From: an uncultured Candidatus Saccharibacteria bacterium
GTDB lineage: Bacteria; Patescibacteriota; Minisyncoccia; Phycocordibacterales; Zambryskibacteraceae
Length of the DNA stretch: 64,000 nt
Direction: 5' to 3'
NCBI GenBank assembly: GCA_964355645.1
Contig: CAYHDI010000001.1
Location: 28,778-92,777, forward strand
The notes below the pieces were generated by a model. The model was not told the DNA's origin, searched no databases, and saw only the letters and a program-made list of their open reading frames with translations. Below, piece after piece: positions 1 through 7,713 of this stretch. A program made the position numbers and the translations under genes. Each line of letters starts with the position of its first letter. Position 1 is the stretch's first letter.

Positions 1-252
1 TTTCGTCCATGATTCGCTTCGACCGCCATCTCTCCGAAGAGTTAAGGTCGGTCGGCACCACAAGGAATCATTAGAAAGCAACGAAAGACTGGGAACGCGC
101 TTTGAAACCGCCAACCAGAAACTTACGTGAAAGGTCAAAAGAAGGAAGTCGGTTTCAGATATTTTTAATCAAGGGCACCTACCAGTCGTCAAAAAATTCC
201 AAGGGCCTAAGTTTAGAAGAATATTGACTTCGAGGAAATCCGGCTTTGTGCA

Positions 253-277
253 CCACGACCCCCAATCGTGGTTTTTT
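253..277 (+). terminator. intrinsic terminator hairpin CCACGA-CCCCCAA-TCGTGG followed by T6
   Basis: perfect 6-bp stem plus T-run seen in sequence; ends an upstream plus-strand transcript of unknown identity. Confidence 0.55.
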
Positions 278-314
278 CATAGAATTTGTGTCTATCATAT
301 TTTCCCTCTTTTAT

Positions 315-350
315 ACTCTTCTTACTGCCTATAGGTAATTATTAGCGTAT
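315..350. repeat. 36-bp direct repeat copy A (ACTCTTCTTACTGCCTATAGGTAA..CGTAT), contains palindrome CCTATAGG; abuts stop codon of PaaX-like gene
   Basis: near-identical copy at 919-954; seen directly. Confidence 0.85.
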
Positions 351-916
351 TATGACAAACCAAATTCTTGACGCAAGTGACGATCATTTTCTATCTCATC
401 AGCAATAATATATAAGACATCCTTCCCTACCCCAAAGTCTGTTTTAAGTAACCCAATAATATCTTCACAGTCATAAGGATAAACCCATACACTATCCTGC
501 AATCGATATAATCCTGCTTGATTAAACAGCGAACAAATTTGCTTACGAATCTTCTTTTTCTTTTCTGGGATATCAAAGATTACAAGTCTCCATTTCTTAT
601 CCCATCTCTTGGGTTTATTGAATTTATAATCTGTAATTTCCCATAAACGCAAAACTCTTTCACCTTCATCGGTCAATTGATAACGGCCATTCTCAAACTT
701 GAGCAATCCTCTTTTTGTTAGTTTTGATGCTGAAGACAAAATATATTCATTCTGACGAGCTTTGGGTAATAATCCGAGCCTGTCCATTGCACTCAAAACA
801 TTTGGAGCAACAAGCCCAATGCTCAAAACCCCTGCAACTTGAATAGTATTAAGAACGATTTTCTGCAAATGTTCCCGCTTAGCTTTTTTCTTGTGATTTA
901 TTTCTAATTTACCCAT
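350..916 (-). CDS. PaaX-family-like regulator: N-terminal winged HTH plus C-terminal Cas2-like/PaaX_C domain
   Basis: motif W-RLVIFDIPE...R..I...L...G...LQDSVWVYP resembles PaaX C-terminal (Cas2-like fold) consensus; purine-rich RBS inside upstream repeat. Confidence 0.6.
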   Translation of the reverse strand: MGKLEINHKKKAKREHLQKIVLNTIQVAGVLSIGLVAPNVLSAMDRLGLLPKARQNEYILSSASKLTKRGLLKFENGRYQLTDEGERVLRLWEITDYKFNKPKRWDKKWRLVIFDIPEKKKKIRKQICSLFNQAGLYRLQDSVWVYPYDCEDIIGLLKTDFGVGKDVLYIIADEIENDRHLRQEFGLS

Positions 917-918
917 AC

Positions 919-954
919 ACTCTTCTTACTGCCTATAGGTAAATTATAACGTAT
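919..954. repeat. 36-bp direct repeat copy B, immediately upstream of PaaX-like start codon (carries its RBS)
   Basis: matches 315-350 with ~4 differences. Confidence 0.85.
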
Positions 955-960
955 GTGAGA

Positions 961-994
961 GAAAAAAGAATCCCCGCACCAATTGGTGCGGGGG
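961..994 (-). terminator. intrinsic terminator (minus strand): hairpin CCCCGCACC-AATT-GGTGCGGGG then T6
   Basis: perfect 9-bp GC stem plus TTTTTT on minus strand, directly downstream of small GC-rich ORF. Confidence 0.75.
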
Positions 995-1015
995 CCGCGT
1001 TGTGCGGGTTGCCGA

Positions 1016-1189
1016 CTACTTGTCGGCAGCGTCGAAGAACGGAGCGAGTTCGGCTTCGAGTTCAGGGAATCTCTCAATGAGATCGTCGGTGAGCCGACCG
1101 AGATTCTGGCGAAGTTCCATGACGGCGCTCTTGGGAGGCGCTTCGTTTCGTTTGACATAGAACTCTCCTCCCATTCCTGGGATAGCCAT
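1016..1189 (-). CDS. small GC-rich ORF (57 aa, MAIPGMGGEFYVKRNEAPPKSAVMELRQNLGRLTDDLIERFPELEAELAPFFDAADK), hypothetical
   Basis: ORF below the 60-aa track threshold found by manual translation; ends 20 nt before its own terminator; local GC far above window average. Confidence 0.4.
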   Translation of the reverse strand: MAIPGMGGEFYVKRNEAPPKSAVMELRQNLGRLTDDLIERFPELEAELAPFFDAADK

Positions 1190-1295
1190 TCCTGGCTTGT
1201 AATGGGCATTCCTGCCCGGGAACCATTCTCCTGCATACTATCATGGTTTAGTATAAAAGTCAAGGCTAAATTGGACAATAGTTAAAATATGGCTA

Positions 1296-1400
1296 TAATA
1301 GGTCGCACTATGCTTGAATATAGTGAAATTACTGAACACAAATACATTGTTTTCGAAAATGAGCCGTACGAGGTTTTGGGTGCACACGTCTTTAGAAAAC
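1296..1400 (+). pseudogene. duplicated 5' fragment of efp (first ~35 codons, ~85% nt identity to 3177-3281) fused to a Lys/Arg/Asn-rich tail (ORF 1289-1483)
   Basis: protein MLEYSEITEHKYIVFENEPYEVLGAHVFRKQ identical to EF-P N-terminus at 3177; diverges after codon ~37. Confidence 0.75.
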
Positions 1401-1472
1401 AAGAAGATTTCAAACGAAATCCTAAAAGAAATAAAGGAAAAACTAAAAGAAATTTAACAAACAATTTTCAAA

Positions 1473-2300
1473 CTATTTTGTGAGAGATTGAATCTTGGCG
1501 CGAGTGATTGGACCCATGATTCCTATTGCATCTATCCCATTAGCTTTTTGGAATTTAATGAGAGCTGCTTTAGTTAAAGTACCGAAGGTAATCGTTTCTT
1601 TACCCGTCGAACCGTCCCCTGTTTCTGCAATTAAAAAACCCTGACTATTAAGGAACTTCTGCAGATTCTTCACGTCTTCGCCTTTTGAACCAGAGCTCAA
1701 ATTATGTTTGAAGGAAGTATTTAGAGATGCACTAGTAGTCACGGCTTCAAGAGATGGGTTTGTTTGCATGATAGCAATCTGTGCTTTAAGCTTCGCAATT
1801 AAAGCTTTAATTTCTGCAATAGTGGTTGTGTTGGTGATCGCAGGGGCAACAGGGTTTGCATTTATTCTATGACTAGAGCCACCGCTTGAGCTTGAGAGAG
1901 TAGACAAAGTACAGGTACTTGATGTAGGAGTAACCGTTACTGTCACTGTGCTTCCATTATTGTAAGAAGAGAAAGTGGTTACAGACGCTGAGCTTGAACA
2001 ACTTGCTGAAGTGGTATACAAACCTCCACTCACGCTAGGAGCCAGTACCCTCTTGTCTGATGAACTCACAGTTACAGTTGAATTATCCAAAAGAACAAAG
2101 GTGAAGTTGTCTGCATTAACGATAATAGACTGAACAACAGCACTTGAGCCGGAAATATTGAGATTAATTCCCCCGACAGTGATGACCGTATCTGTAGTGA
2201 GAGTAACGTCATTGTAAGCCCCAAATGCTACAAAAGGCATCAGGCTTATACTCAATCCCAACACCAACGTTCCCAGTAGAACTTTTGTTGTTTTATACAT
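1473..2300 (-). CDS. secreted Ser/Thr-rich protein with C-terminal peptidoglycan-binding (PG_binding_1-like) domain
   Basis: N-terminal signal peptide; C-terminal motif DVKNLQKFLNSQGF...FGTLTKAALIKFQKANGIDAIGIMGPIT matches PG_binding_1 consensus. Confidence 0.7.
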   Translation of the reverse strand: MYKTTKVLLGTLVLGLSISLMPFVAFGAYNDVTLTTDTVITVGGINLNISGSSAVVQSIIVNADNFTFVLLDNSTVTVSSSDKRVLAPSVSGGLYTTSASCSSSASVTTFSSYNNGSTVTVTVTPTSSTCTLSTLSSSSGGSSHRINANPVAPAITNTTTIAEIKALIAKLKAQIAIMQTNPSLEAVTTSASLNTSFKHNLSSGSKGEDVKNLQKFLNSQGFLIAETGDGSTGKETITFGTLTKAALIKFQKANGIDAIGIMGPITRAKIQSLTK

Positions 2301-2339
2301 GGAGTGATGATTAATTATTAAGAATCAGTTAATCTCACT

Positions 2340-3113
2340 CTAGTTACGAATCATTACAATGTTGTATGTCCCAGCAGCAGGTGTACATGCCAATGCGGTC
2401 AATGTTGTGAAATCTAGTTGCAATATATCATTGGCAGATACACGATAACCTGTCATTGGACAAAGTGAAGTTGGAACAGGTCCATTAACGATTATCTTAT
2501 CCGTTGTTAATAAACTAGCAACTGCAAACGTCTGTTGAGTTGTTCCAATCGCGGCCGCAGTGGCAACTGGCGTTATAGCACCAGTCGTGAGAACAGAAAT
2601 TTTCGTAACAGCTGTTCCTCCACCAATTGCTATTGATGTCGCGGTTGCTACACCGAGAGCGGGGGTAATCAATACTGGAGATGTCATCGTTTGCACACCA
2701 GTGAATGTGTTGGCCGCATCGGTACGAGCAATTGTTGCAGATGTACTAGGAAAGGTCATCGTGGTGCCATCAGTACCAGCGAAGGTAAGAGTACTATTCG
2801 CTGTAAGAGTTTTCCCAGTAGCAAGAGTTAACACTCCTGTTCCTGTAGTAATAGTGTTGCCATTAATACTGGTGGCAGTTACCGTGCCTAAAGTGCTAGC
2901 ACCGGTGACTGTTAATGTCCCGCCCGTGTTGATATTGGTACTAATGGTCGTTGCTGCATTTACTATGCCTGTGACAAACAAAACCGAAACAATGACCGCT
3001 AGCCCAACACTAACCGGGCCTCGGCTAACAATCGTATTAAAGATATTTTTTATGGATGTCATGATGTCAAATTTATTAAAGAGGCATAATTCCTCTGCAA
3101 ATAATTGTACCAT
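2340..3113 (-). CDS. secreted Thr/Gly/Ala-rich repeat protein (putative surface/adhesin-like); start probably at MTSIKNIF (3062)
   Basis: signal peptide plus low-complexity T/G repeats; no recognisable catalytic motifs. Confidence 0.55.
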   Translation of the reverse strand: MVQLFAEELCLFNKFDIMTSIKNIFNTIVSRGPVSVGLAVIVSVLFVTGIVNAATTISTNINTGGTLTVTGASTLGTVTATSINGNTITTGTGVLTLATGKTLTANSTLTFAGTDGTTMTFPSTSATIARTDAANTFTGVQTMTSPVLITPALGVATATSIAIGGGTAVTKISVLTTGAITPVATAAAIGTTQQTFAVASLLTTDKIIVNGPVPTSLCPMTGYRVSANDILQLDFTTLTALACTPAAGTYNIVMIRN

Positions 3114-3176
3114 ACTGTTCTTTTATATATTAGGGAAATTGACAGACTGGGGATAACCCATTAAACTCCTATAACC

Positions 3177-3761
3177 ATGCTCGAATACAGCGAAATTACT
3201 GAACACAAATACATTGTTTTTGAAAATGAACCGTACGAGGTTTTGGGCGCCCATGTTTTCAGAAAACAACAGAGAAAGCCGGTGAACGCGACCAAACTGC
3301 GAAGTATGCTGACAGGTAGAATTGTAGAACATTCATTCCATGTTTCTGATAAGGCTGAAGAGGCTGATATCACCAAGAAGGAAGTGAAATATCTTTATAC
3401 GAACAAGGGCGAATTCTGGTTCTGTGAATCGAAAGATCCATCGAAAAGATTTGAACTGCCTGAAGTGATGATTGGAACTGCATCTAAATTTTTAAAACCA
3501 AATACAATTGTGGATGCCATGATTTGGGATGATGGGAAATCTGATGAAGGGAAAATCATTGGCCTGAAACTTCCAATTAAGATGGATTTGAAAGTGACCG
3601 AAGCTCATCCAGCGACGAAAGGCAACACTGCACAGGGTGCAAGCAAAATGGTCGTGCTCGAAACCGGCGCTGAAATCCAAGTCCCTATGTTTATCAAAGA
3701 AGGCGATGTCATTCGGGTAAATACTGACAACGGCGAGTATACGGATAGAATAACTAATTAG
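3177..3761 (+). CDS. efp: translation elongation factor P
   Basis: full-length alignment to EF-P (KLRSMLTG, YLYTNKGEFWF, GEYTDR motifs). Confidence 0.9.
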   Translation: MLEYSEITEHKYIVFENEPYEVLGAHVFRKQQRKPVNATKLRSMLTGRIVEHSFHVSDKAEEADITKKEVKYLYTNKGEFWFCESKDPSKRFELPEVMIGTASKFLKPNTIVDAMIWDDGKSDEGKIIGLKLPIKMDLKVTEAHPATKGNTAQGASKMVVLETGAEIQVPMFIKEGDVIRVNTDNGEYTDRITN

Positions 3762-3788
3762 ATTTAAAGAACTAAAATAAATTTAGTT

Positions 3789-4079
3789 TTAAGAAAATTT
3801 ATTTTCTTGATTATCTTCTAAAATATCAAACAATAATCCAACGAAAATTCCCACAATAATCCAATAGAAGAGAATGAAAATTGGCTCGTGAGCTATCACA
3901 AACGAGACATCTCCGAAAACTTTGTAGATAACCATGAGGGGCATGAACACGGGTGTGAGAAATGGATCAGCGAAGCATCCCTGCCCCGCCGATGCTGGGC
4001 AAGTGATTTTCAAAATGAACAAAACTCCAACGAGAGCTGGAGCGAAGAATGCACCTTGAATGGCATAAGGAATTTTCAT
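3789..4079 (-). CDS. small hydrophobic membrane protein, hypothetical
   Basis: ORF with 3 predicted TM segments. Confidence 0.45.
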   Translation of the reverse strand: MKIPYAIQGAFFAPALVGVLFILKITCPASAGQGCFADPFLTPVFMPLMVIYKVFGDVSFVIAHEPIFILFYWIIVGIFVGLLFDILEDNQENKFS

Positions 4080-4100
4080 GCATAAATTATAACTTATTCT

Positions 4101-4202
4101 GGTAACAAAAAAGCAGTTTTCGTGCCTCTCGGAAAGCTTGGCTTGAGAGGAGAAGTTTTCAACAGAGAACTATCGTGCAAAGAAAACTGCTTTTTTGTTA
4201 CC
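4101..4202. terminator. long inverted repeat (21-nt perfect arms GGTAACAAAAAAGCAGTTTTC / GAAAACTGCTTTTTTGTTACC enclosing a 60-nt structured core); candidate bidirectional terminator or small structured RNA
   Basis: seen directly; T-runs follow the inner stem on both strands; lies between rpsR stop and next gene. Confidence 0.5.
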
Positions 4203-4401
4203 TAGTAATATAAGGCAAGAATCCCATGAACCTTGCGCGTTTGATGGCCAAGGAAATCATTTGTTGAGACTTCGAAGAGATACCACTGCGCTTTTTGGAT
4301 TGAATCCTGGCGTGCGGGGTAAGGAATTTCTTCAAGGTATCTACATCCTTATAATCAACATAATTAATTTTGTGCTCTTTAAGAAAATCTGATTTTTTCA
4401 T
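4198..4401 (-). CDS. rpsR: 30S ribosomal protein S18
   Basis: INYVDYKDVDTLKKFLT...AIKRARFMGFLPY matches S18. Confidence 0.92.
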   Translation of the reverse strand: MKKSDFLKEHKINYVDYKDVDTLKKFLTPHARIQSKKRSGISSKSQQMISLAIKRARFMGFLPYITR

Positions 4402-4425
4402 TTTACTTGTAGCGAGTTAATCGAA

Positions 4426-4875
4426 CTAAAACGGGATATCTTCTGGGCTAATATTTTCTTCAGGATAATCTATGGTGTCTATGGATGGAGCTTCAGGAGC
4501 TGGATTTTCTTTCTTCGAAGCAGTCGAAGATCCTGACGGTACTCCGGAAGGACGGGGTCCGAATTGCACTCTGTCAGCCACAATTTCTGTACGATATTTC
4601 TTCGTCCCATCTGCGGCATCCCAACTTCGAGTTTGCATTCTACCTTCGACCAAGGCACTGGCTCCTTTGCGGAGATACTGCCCGGCTGTCTCAGCCTGTC
4701 GACCGAAAACCACAATATTGTGATAGTCCGCAGATTCTTGTTTCGCTCCATTCTTGTCTTTCCAAACTCGATTAGTAGCTAGAGAGAAAGAACAAACTTG
4801 AATTCCAGATGGAAGAGATTTAATCTCGGGATCTCGAGTAAGATTGCCTATGACTATGGCTTTGTTTAAATACAT
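4426..4875 (-). CDS. ssb: single-stranded DNA-binding protein
   Basis: OB-fold SSB signature (IVIGNLTRDPE...YHNIVVFGRQAE) and acidic C-terminal DIPF tail; start at MYLNK (4875), ORF track extension overlaps rpsF. Confidence 0.9.
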   Translation of the reverse strand: MYLNKAIVIGNLTRDPEIKSLPSGIQVCSFSLATNRVWKDKNGAKQESADYHNIVVFGRQAETAGQYLRKGASALVEGRMQTRSWDAADGTKKYRTEIVADRVQFGPRPSGVPSGSSTASKKENPAPEAPSIDTIDYPEENISPEDIPF

Positions 4876-4882
4876 AAAGATA

Positions 4883-5398
4883 TTATATATTATTTCCAGA
4901 CGTTTCAGTCGTAATTTCTGGCTCCTGGGCTTTCCCGACGCCTTCCAGGGTCGGGACTCCGATCTCTTCGAGCATCGGAGCTTCTTGTGCTCGACGAGCT
5001 TCACGTGCTTCAGCAAAGGTGAAAGTTGTCTCTCGAGGAGCTTTAATGAGCAAGAATCGAAGAATTTCTTCAATTTTCTCTATGCCAGCCTTAATCTCTT
5101 CAACTGCTGAAGGTTCAGCCTCGAATTTCATCCAACCGATATAAGCCTCGTTAACCACATATTTTCTCGCCCCAACAGTTTTGGACATCGAATATGCGAG
5201 TGTCTCGAGGAATGGCAATTCAGAATCTAGAGTCTTGCCTCCAGCTTTTTCTATTGTAGAAACAATTGTAGAGACCACTTTTGGAATATTGTCTTCGGTC
5301 ACACTTGGAAGGACCAAGTATCCGAGTTCATAAACAATAGCTTCCTTGTGGTCTTCTGTAATGGACATGAGTAAATCGTTAATCATTAATAATCTCAT
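4883..5398 (-). CDS. rpsF: 30S ribosomal protein S6 with acidic/Glu-rich C-terminal extension
   Basis: YELGYLVLP...GG...LAYS pattern of S6; classic rpsF-ssb-rpsR order. Confidence 0.85.
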   Translation of the reverse strand: MRLLMINDLLMSITEDHKEAIVYELGYLVLPSVTEDNIPKVVSTIVSTIEKAGGKTLDSELPFLETLAYSMSKTVGARKYVVNEAYIGWMKFEAEPSAVEEIKAGIEKIEEILRFLLIKAPRETTFTFAEAREARRAQEAPMLEEIGVPTLEGVGKAQEPEITTETSGNNI

Positions 5399-5471
5399 AT
5401 GCGCTTCCCCTATTTCAGAGATGCGTACAGAAGCCTGTCCGCCGTAGCCTTGGCGAAGGCGGGAGGTTTGG

Positions 5472-6254
5472 CTACTTTAGCACTAAGTTAAACATTCGGC
5501 AAGTGTTGGAAACTAAGGCTTTTTGGACAGTTTCCAAATCCTCTCCTCTTATTTCAGCGATTTTCTTCACTACCTCTTGCACATAGCTCGGCTCGTTGCG
5601 CTTGCCTCTATAAGGAACTGGCGAGACCCATGGGGCATCAGTCTCGGACATAATCATATTGAGTGGTGCATTCTTAATCACTTCATCATAATCTCGAGCA
5701 AAGGTTATCACTCCCGTGAATGACGTGGTGAATCCTATGGTCCAAAATCTTTTGGCTTGTTCGAGTGAACCGGTGAAAAAATGCAAATCCCCTCGAAGTT
5801 TTGGACCGTACAATTTAGCCAATGGTTCAAGGATTTCGAGAATTTCTTCGTACGCATCACGAGAGTGAATCATGATAGGTTTGTTGTGTTTAATAGCAAA
5901 GTTAATCTGCTCAAAGAAAAGATTTTTCTGTCTTTCAAAGTCTGTTGTTTTGTCTGTATGAAAAAAATCTAGCCCGCATTCCCCTATCGCGACTACTTTC
6001 GGGTGGTTTATTAATTCTTCAAATTTGTCTTCCTCAAAAACTATTTTGGGATCATCGACCGGATGAACACCAATACACGCATAAATTTCTTCGTGTTTTT
6101 CTGCGAGTTCTACTGCCCGTTTAGATGATTCGAAGTCTACACCCACTACAATTGTATGGGTTCCAGTTTCCTTGAGCCGATTGATGACTTCTTCTAAATC
6201 TTCACTGTAGTCAGGCAAATTTAAATGCGAATGTATATCAAAATATTTAGGCAT
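5472..6254 (-). CDS. tatD: TatD-family metal-dependent hydrolase/DNase
   Basis: FDIHSHL, GECGLDF, TDAP motifs. Confidence 0.88.
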   Translation of the reverse strand: MPKYFDIHSHLNLPDYSEDLEEVINRLKETGTHTIVVGVDFESSKRAVELAEKHEEIYACIGVHPVDDPKIVFEEDKFEELINHPKVVAIGECGLDFFHTDKTTDFERQKNLFFEQINFAIKHNKPIMIHSRDAYEEILEILEPLAKLYGPKLRGDLHFFTGSLEQAKRFWTIGFTTSFTGVITFARDYDEVIKNAPLNMIMSETDAPWVSPVPYRGKRNEPSYVQEVVKKIAEIRGEDLETVQKALVSNTCRMFNLVLK

Positions 6255-7706
6255 TTATAGTGAGCTTGTCGAACTATCTTTTCTTAAAAATAATGGTTCG
6301 CTTGGTTTCTTGTTTTCTTTTATTAGTTTCTGTATTTTTAATGCTGTATCAGGCATAAATGGGGCGAGCGCGTCTGCTACTCCACGAAGACCCGTGACTA
6401 ATTCGGAAATAATTTCTTTCGCTTTTTCTGGATCAGTTTTAACTAATTTAAATGGTTCTGTTTCTTGAATTTTTTTATCTAATTCTGCAATTTTTTCCCA
6501 AACTAAATTCATCGCCTTGGCTATTTCAAATTTTTCTAATTCACTTCCAATGGCCAACACTCGGTGTTGGCCAATTGGAACATCCGAATATTTTTCGGCC
6601 ATAGTCATAATTCTTGAGGTCAAATTCCCTATCCCATTCGCTAATCCTGAATTATAAGCTTCATTAAATCTCTCCCAGGTGAAATCGGAGTCTTCAAAAG
6701 TTGAGAGTTCCCTGCACACAAAGTATCTAAGAGCTTCAGCACCGTATTTCTCAACCACTTCTACGGGGTTTATCACGTTGCCTAGGGACTTGGACATTTT
6801 TTGACCATTTGCGCCCTGTATAAAGCCATTTATGACTATTTGATAAGAGGTTGGAAGACCGGCAGACATAAGCATGGCTTGCCACATAGCTGATTGTTGT
6901 CTAAGATTGTCCTTGCCCGCGTATTGAGTTGGATTGCCGTTGGCCCAATACTTTTCAAAATTTTCTTTGTTTTCGGGCCAACCGAGAGTGGAAACATAAT
7001 TAACCAAAGCATCAAACCAAACGTACATCACGTGGTCTTCATCTCCGGGAACAGGAATCCCCCAACTCATTTTTGACTTTAAGCGCGAGATAGAGAAATC
7101 TTCCAGTCCCCTTTCTACGAATGCTTTAATCTCATTAAACCGAAAATCCGGCACTACAAAATTTGGATTATTCTTGTACAAATCCAAAAGAGGTTTTTGA
7201 TATTTAGAGAACCTAAAGAAATAATTTTCTTCTTCTCTTTCTTCTAATTCAAGATTTGTATGAATACTACATCTTCCATTTTCAAGTTCTGAATCCGTTT
7301 TCTCCAATTCACAACCAATACAATATTTAATCTTGTAATTCTTTTTATATATATCTCCATTTGCCTCACATCTCTTCCAAAATTCTTGAGCCGATTTTAT
7401 ATGATGTTCATCTGTGGTGCGAATAAAATGTATTTCTGGGTCAATATGTAAATCAATAAGTATTTGTTTAAAATATTGGACGTATTCATCAACATAGCTT
7501 TGGGGGTCTTTGTTCTCTTCTACAGAACGTTGGTATATTTTTATTCCGTGTTCATCTGTGCCTGTATTAAAAAATACTTCAAAACCAATCAATTTTTTAT
7601 AACGATTTACAACATCGGCTCGTATAAATTCCATAGCGTGTCCTATGTGAGGTTGTCCGTTTACATACGGCAGGGTCGTGGTGATATAAAAACTTTTTCG
7701 GCTCAT
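6255..7706 (-). CDS. metG: methionyl-tRNA synthetase (core only, no C-terminal tRNA-binding domain); contains in-frame palindrome at 6552-6572
   Basis: P-x-x-NG-x-PHIGH, zinc knuckle CxxC, KMSKS. Confidence 0.92.
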   Translation of the reverse strand: MSRKSFYITTTLPYVNGQPHIGHAMEFIRADVVNRYKKLIGFEVFFNTGTDEHGIKIYQRSVEENKDPQSYVDEYVQYFKQILIDLHIDPEIHFIRTTDEHHIKSAQEFWKRCEANGDIYKKNYKIKYCIGCELEKTDSELENGRCSIHTNLELEEREEENYFFRFSKYQKPLLDLYKNNPNFVVPDFRFNEIKAFVERGLEDFSISRLKSKMSWGIPVPGDEDHVMYVWFDALVNYVSTLGWPENKENFEKYWANGNPTQYAGKDNLRQQSAMWQAMLMSAGLPTSYQIVINGFIQGANGQKMSKSLGNVINPVEVVEKYGAEALRYFVCRELSTFEDSDFTWERFNEAYNSGLANGIGNLTSRIMTMAEKYSDVPIGQHRVLAIGSELEKFEIAKAMNLVWEKIAELDKKIQETEPFKLVKTDPEKAKEIISELVTGLRGVADALAPFMPDTALKIQKLIKENKKPSEPLFLRKDSSTSSL

Positions 7707-7713
7707 TGTTTGT

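Noticed and set aside
1-252. Possible rRNA or ncRNA 3' end, or partial CDS (frame 2 open to TGA at 126-128) at window start
   Set aside because: No match to conserved rRNA termini that I can recognise; partial ORF has no identifiable motifs. Left unannotated apart from the terminator at 253-277.
904-1285. ORF-track calls 904-1278(-) and 983-1285(+)
   Set aside because: Both read straight through the 961-994 terminator hairpin and the repeat. The shorter minus-strand ORF 1016-1189, ending just before the terminator, is the more plausible gene, though still low confidence.
1282-1464. ORFs 1282-1464(-) and 3161-3376(-) that resemble each other
   Set aside because: They are simply the antisense strands of the duplicated efp 5' segments.
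2560-3156. 198-aa plus-strand ORF
   Set aside because: Antisense to the Thr/Gly-rich secreted protein gene; low-complexity mirror ORF.
4876-5073. N-terminal 66-aa extension of ssb ORF (to 5073)
   Set aside because: Overlaps rpsF coding region; SSB homology starts at MYLNK (4875).
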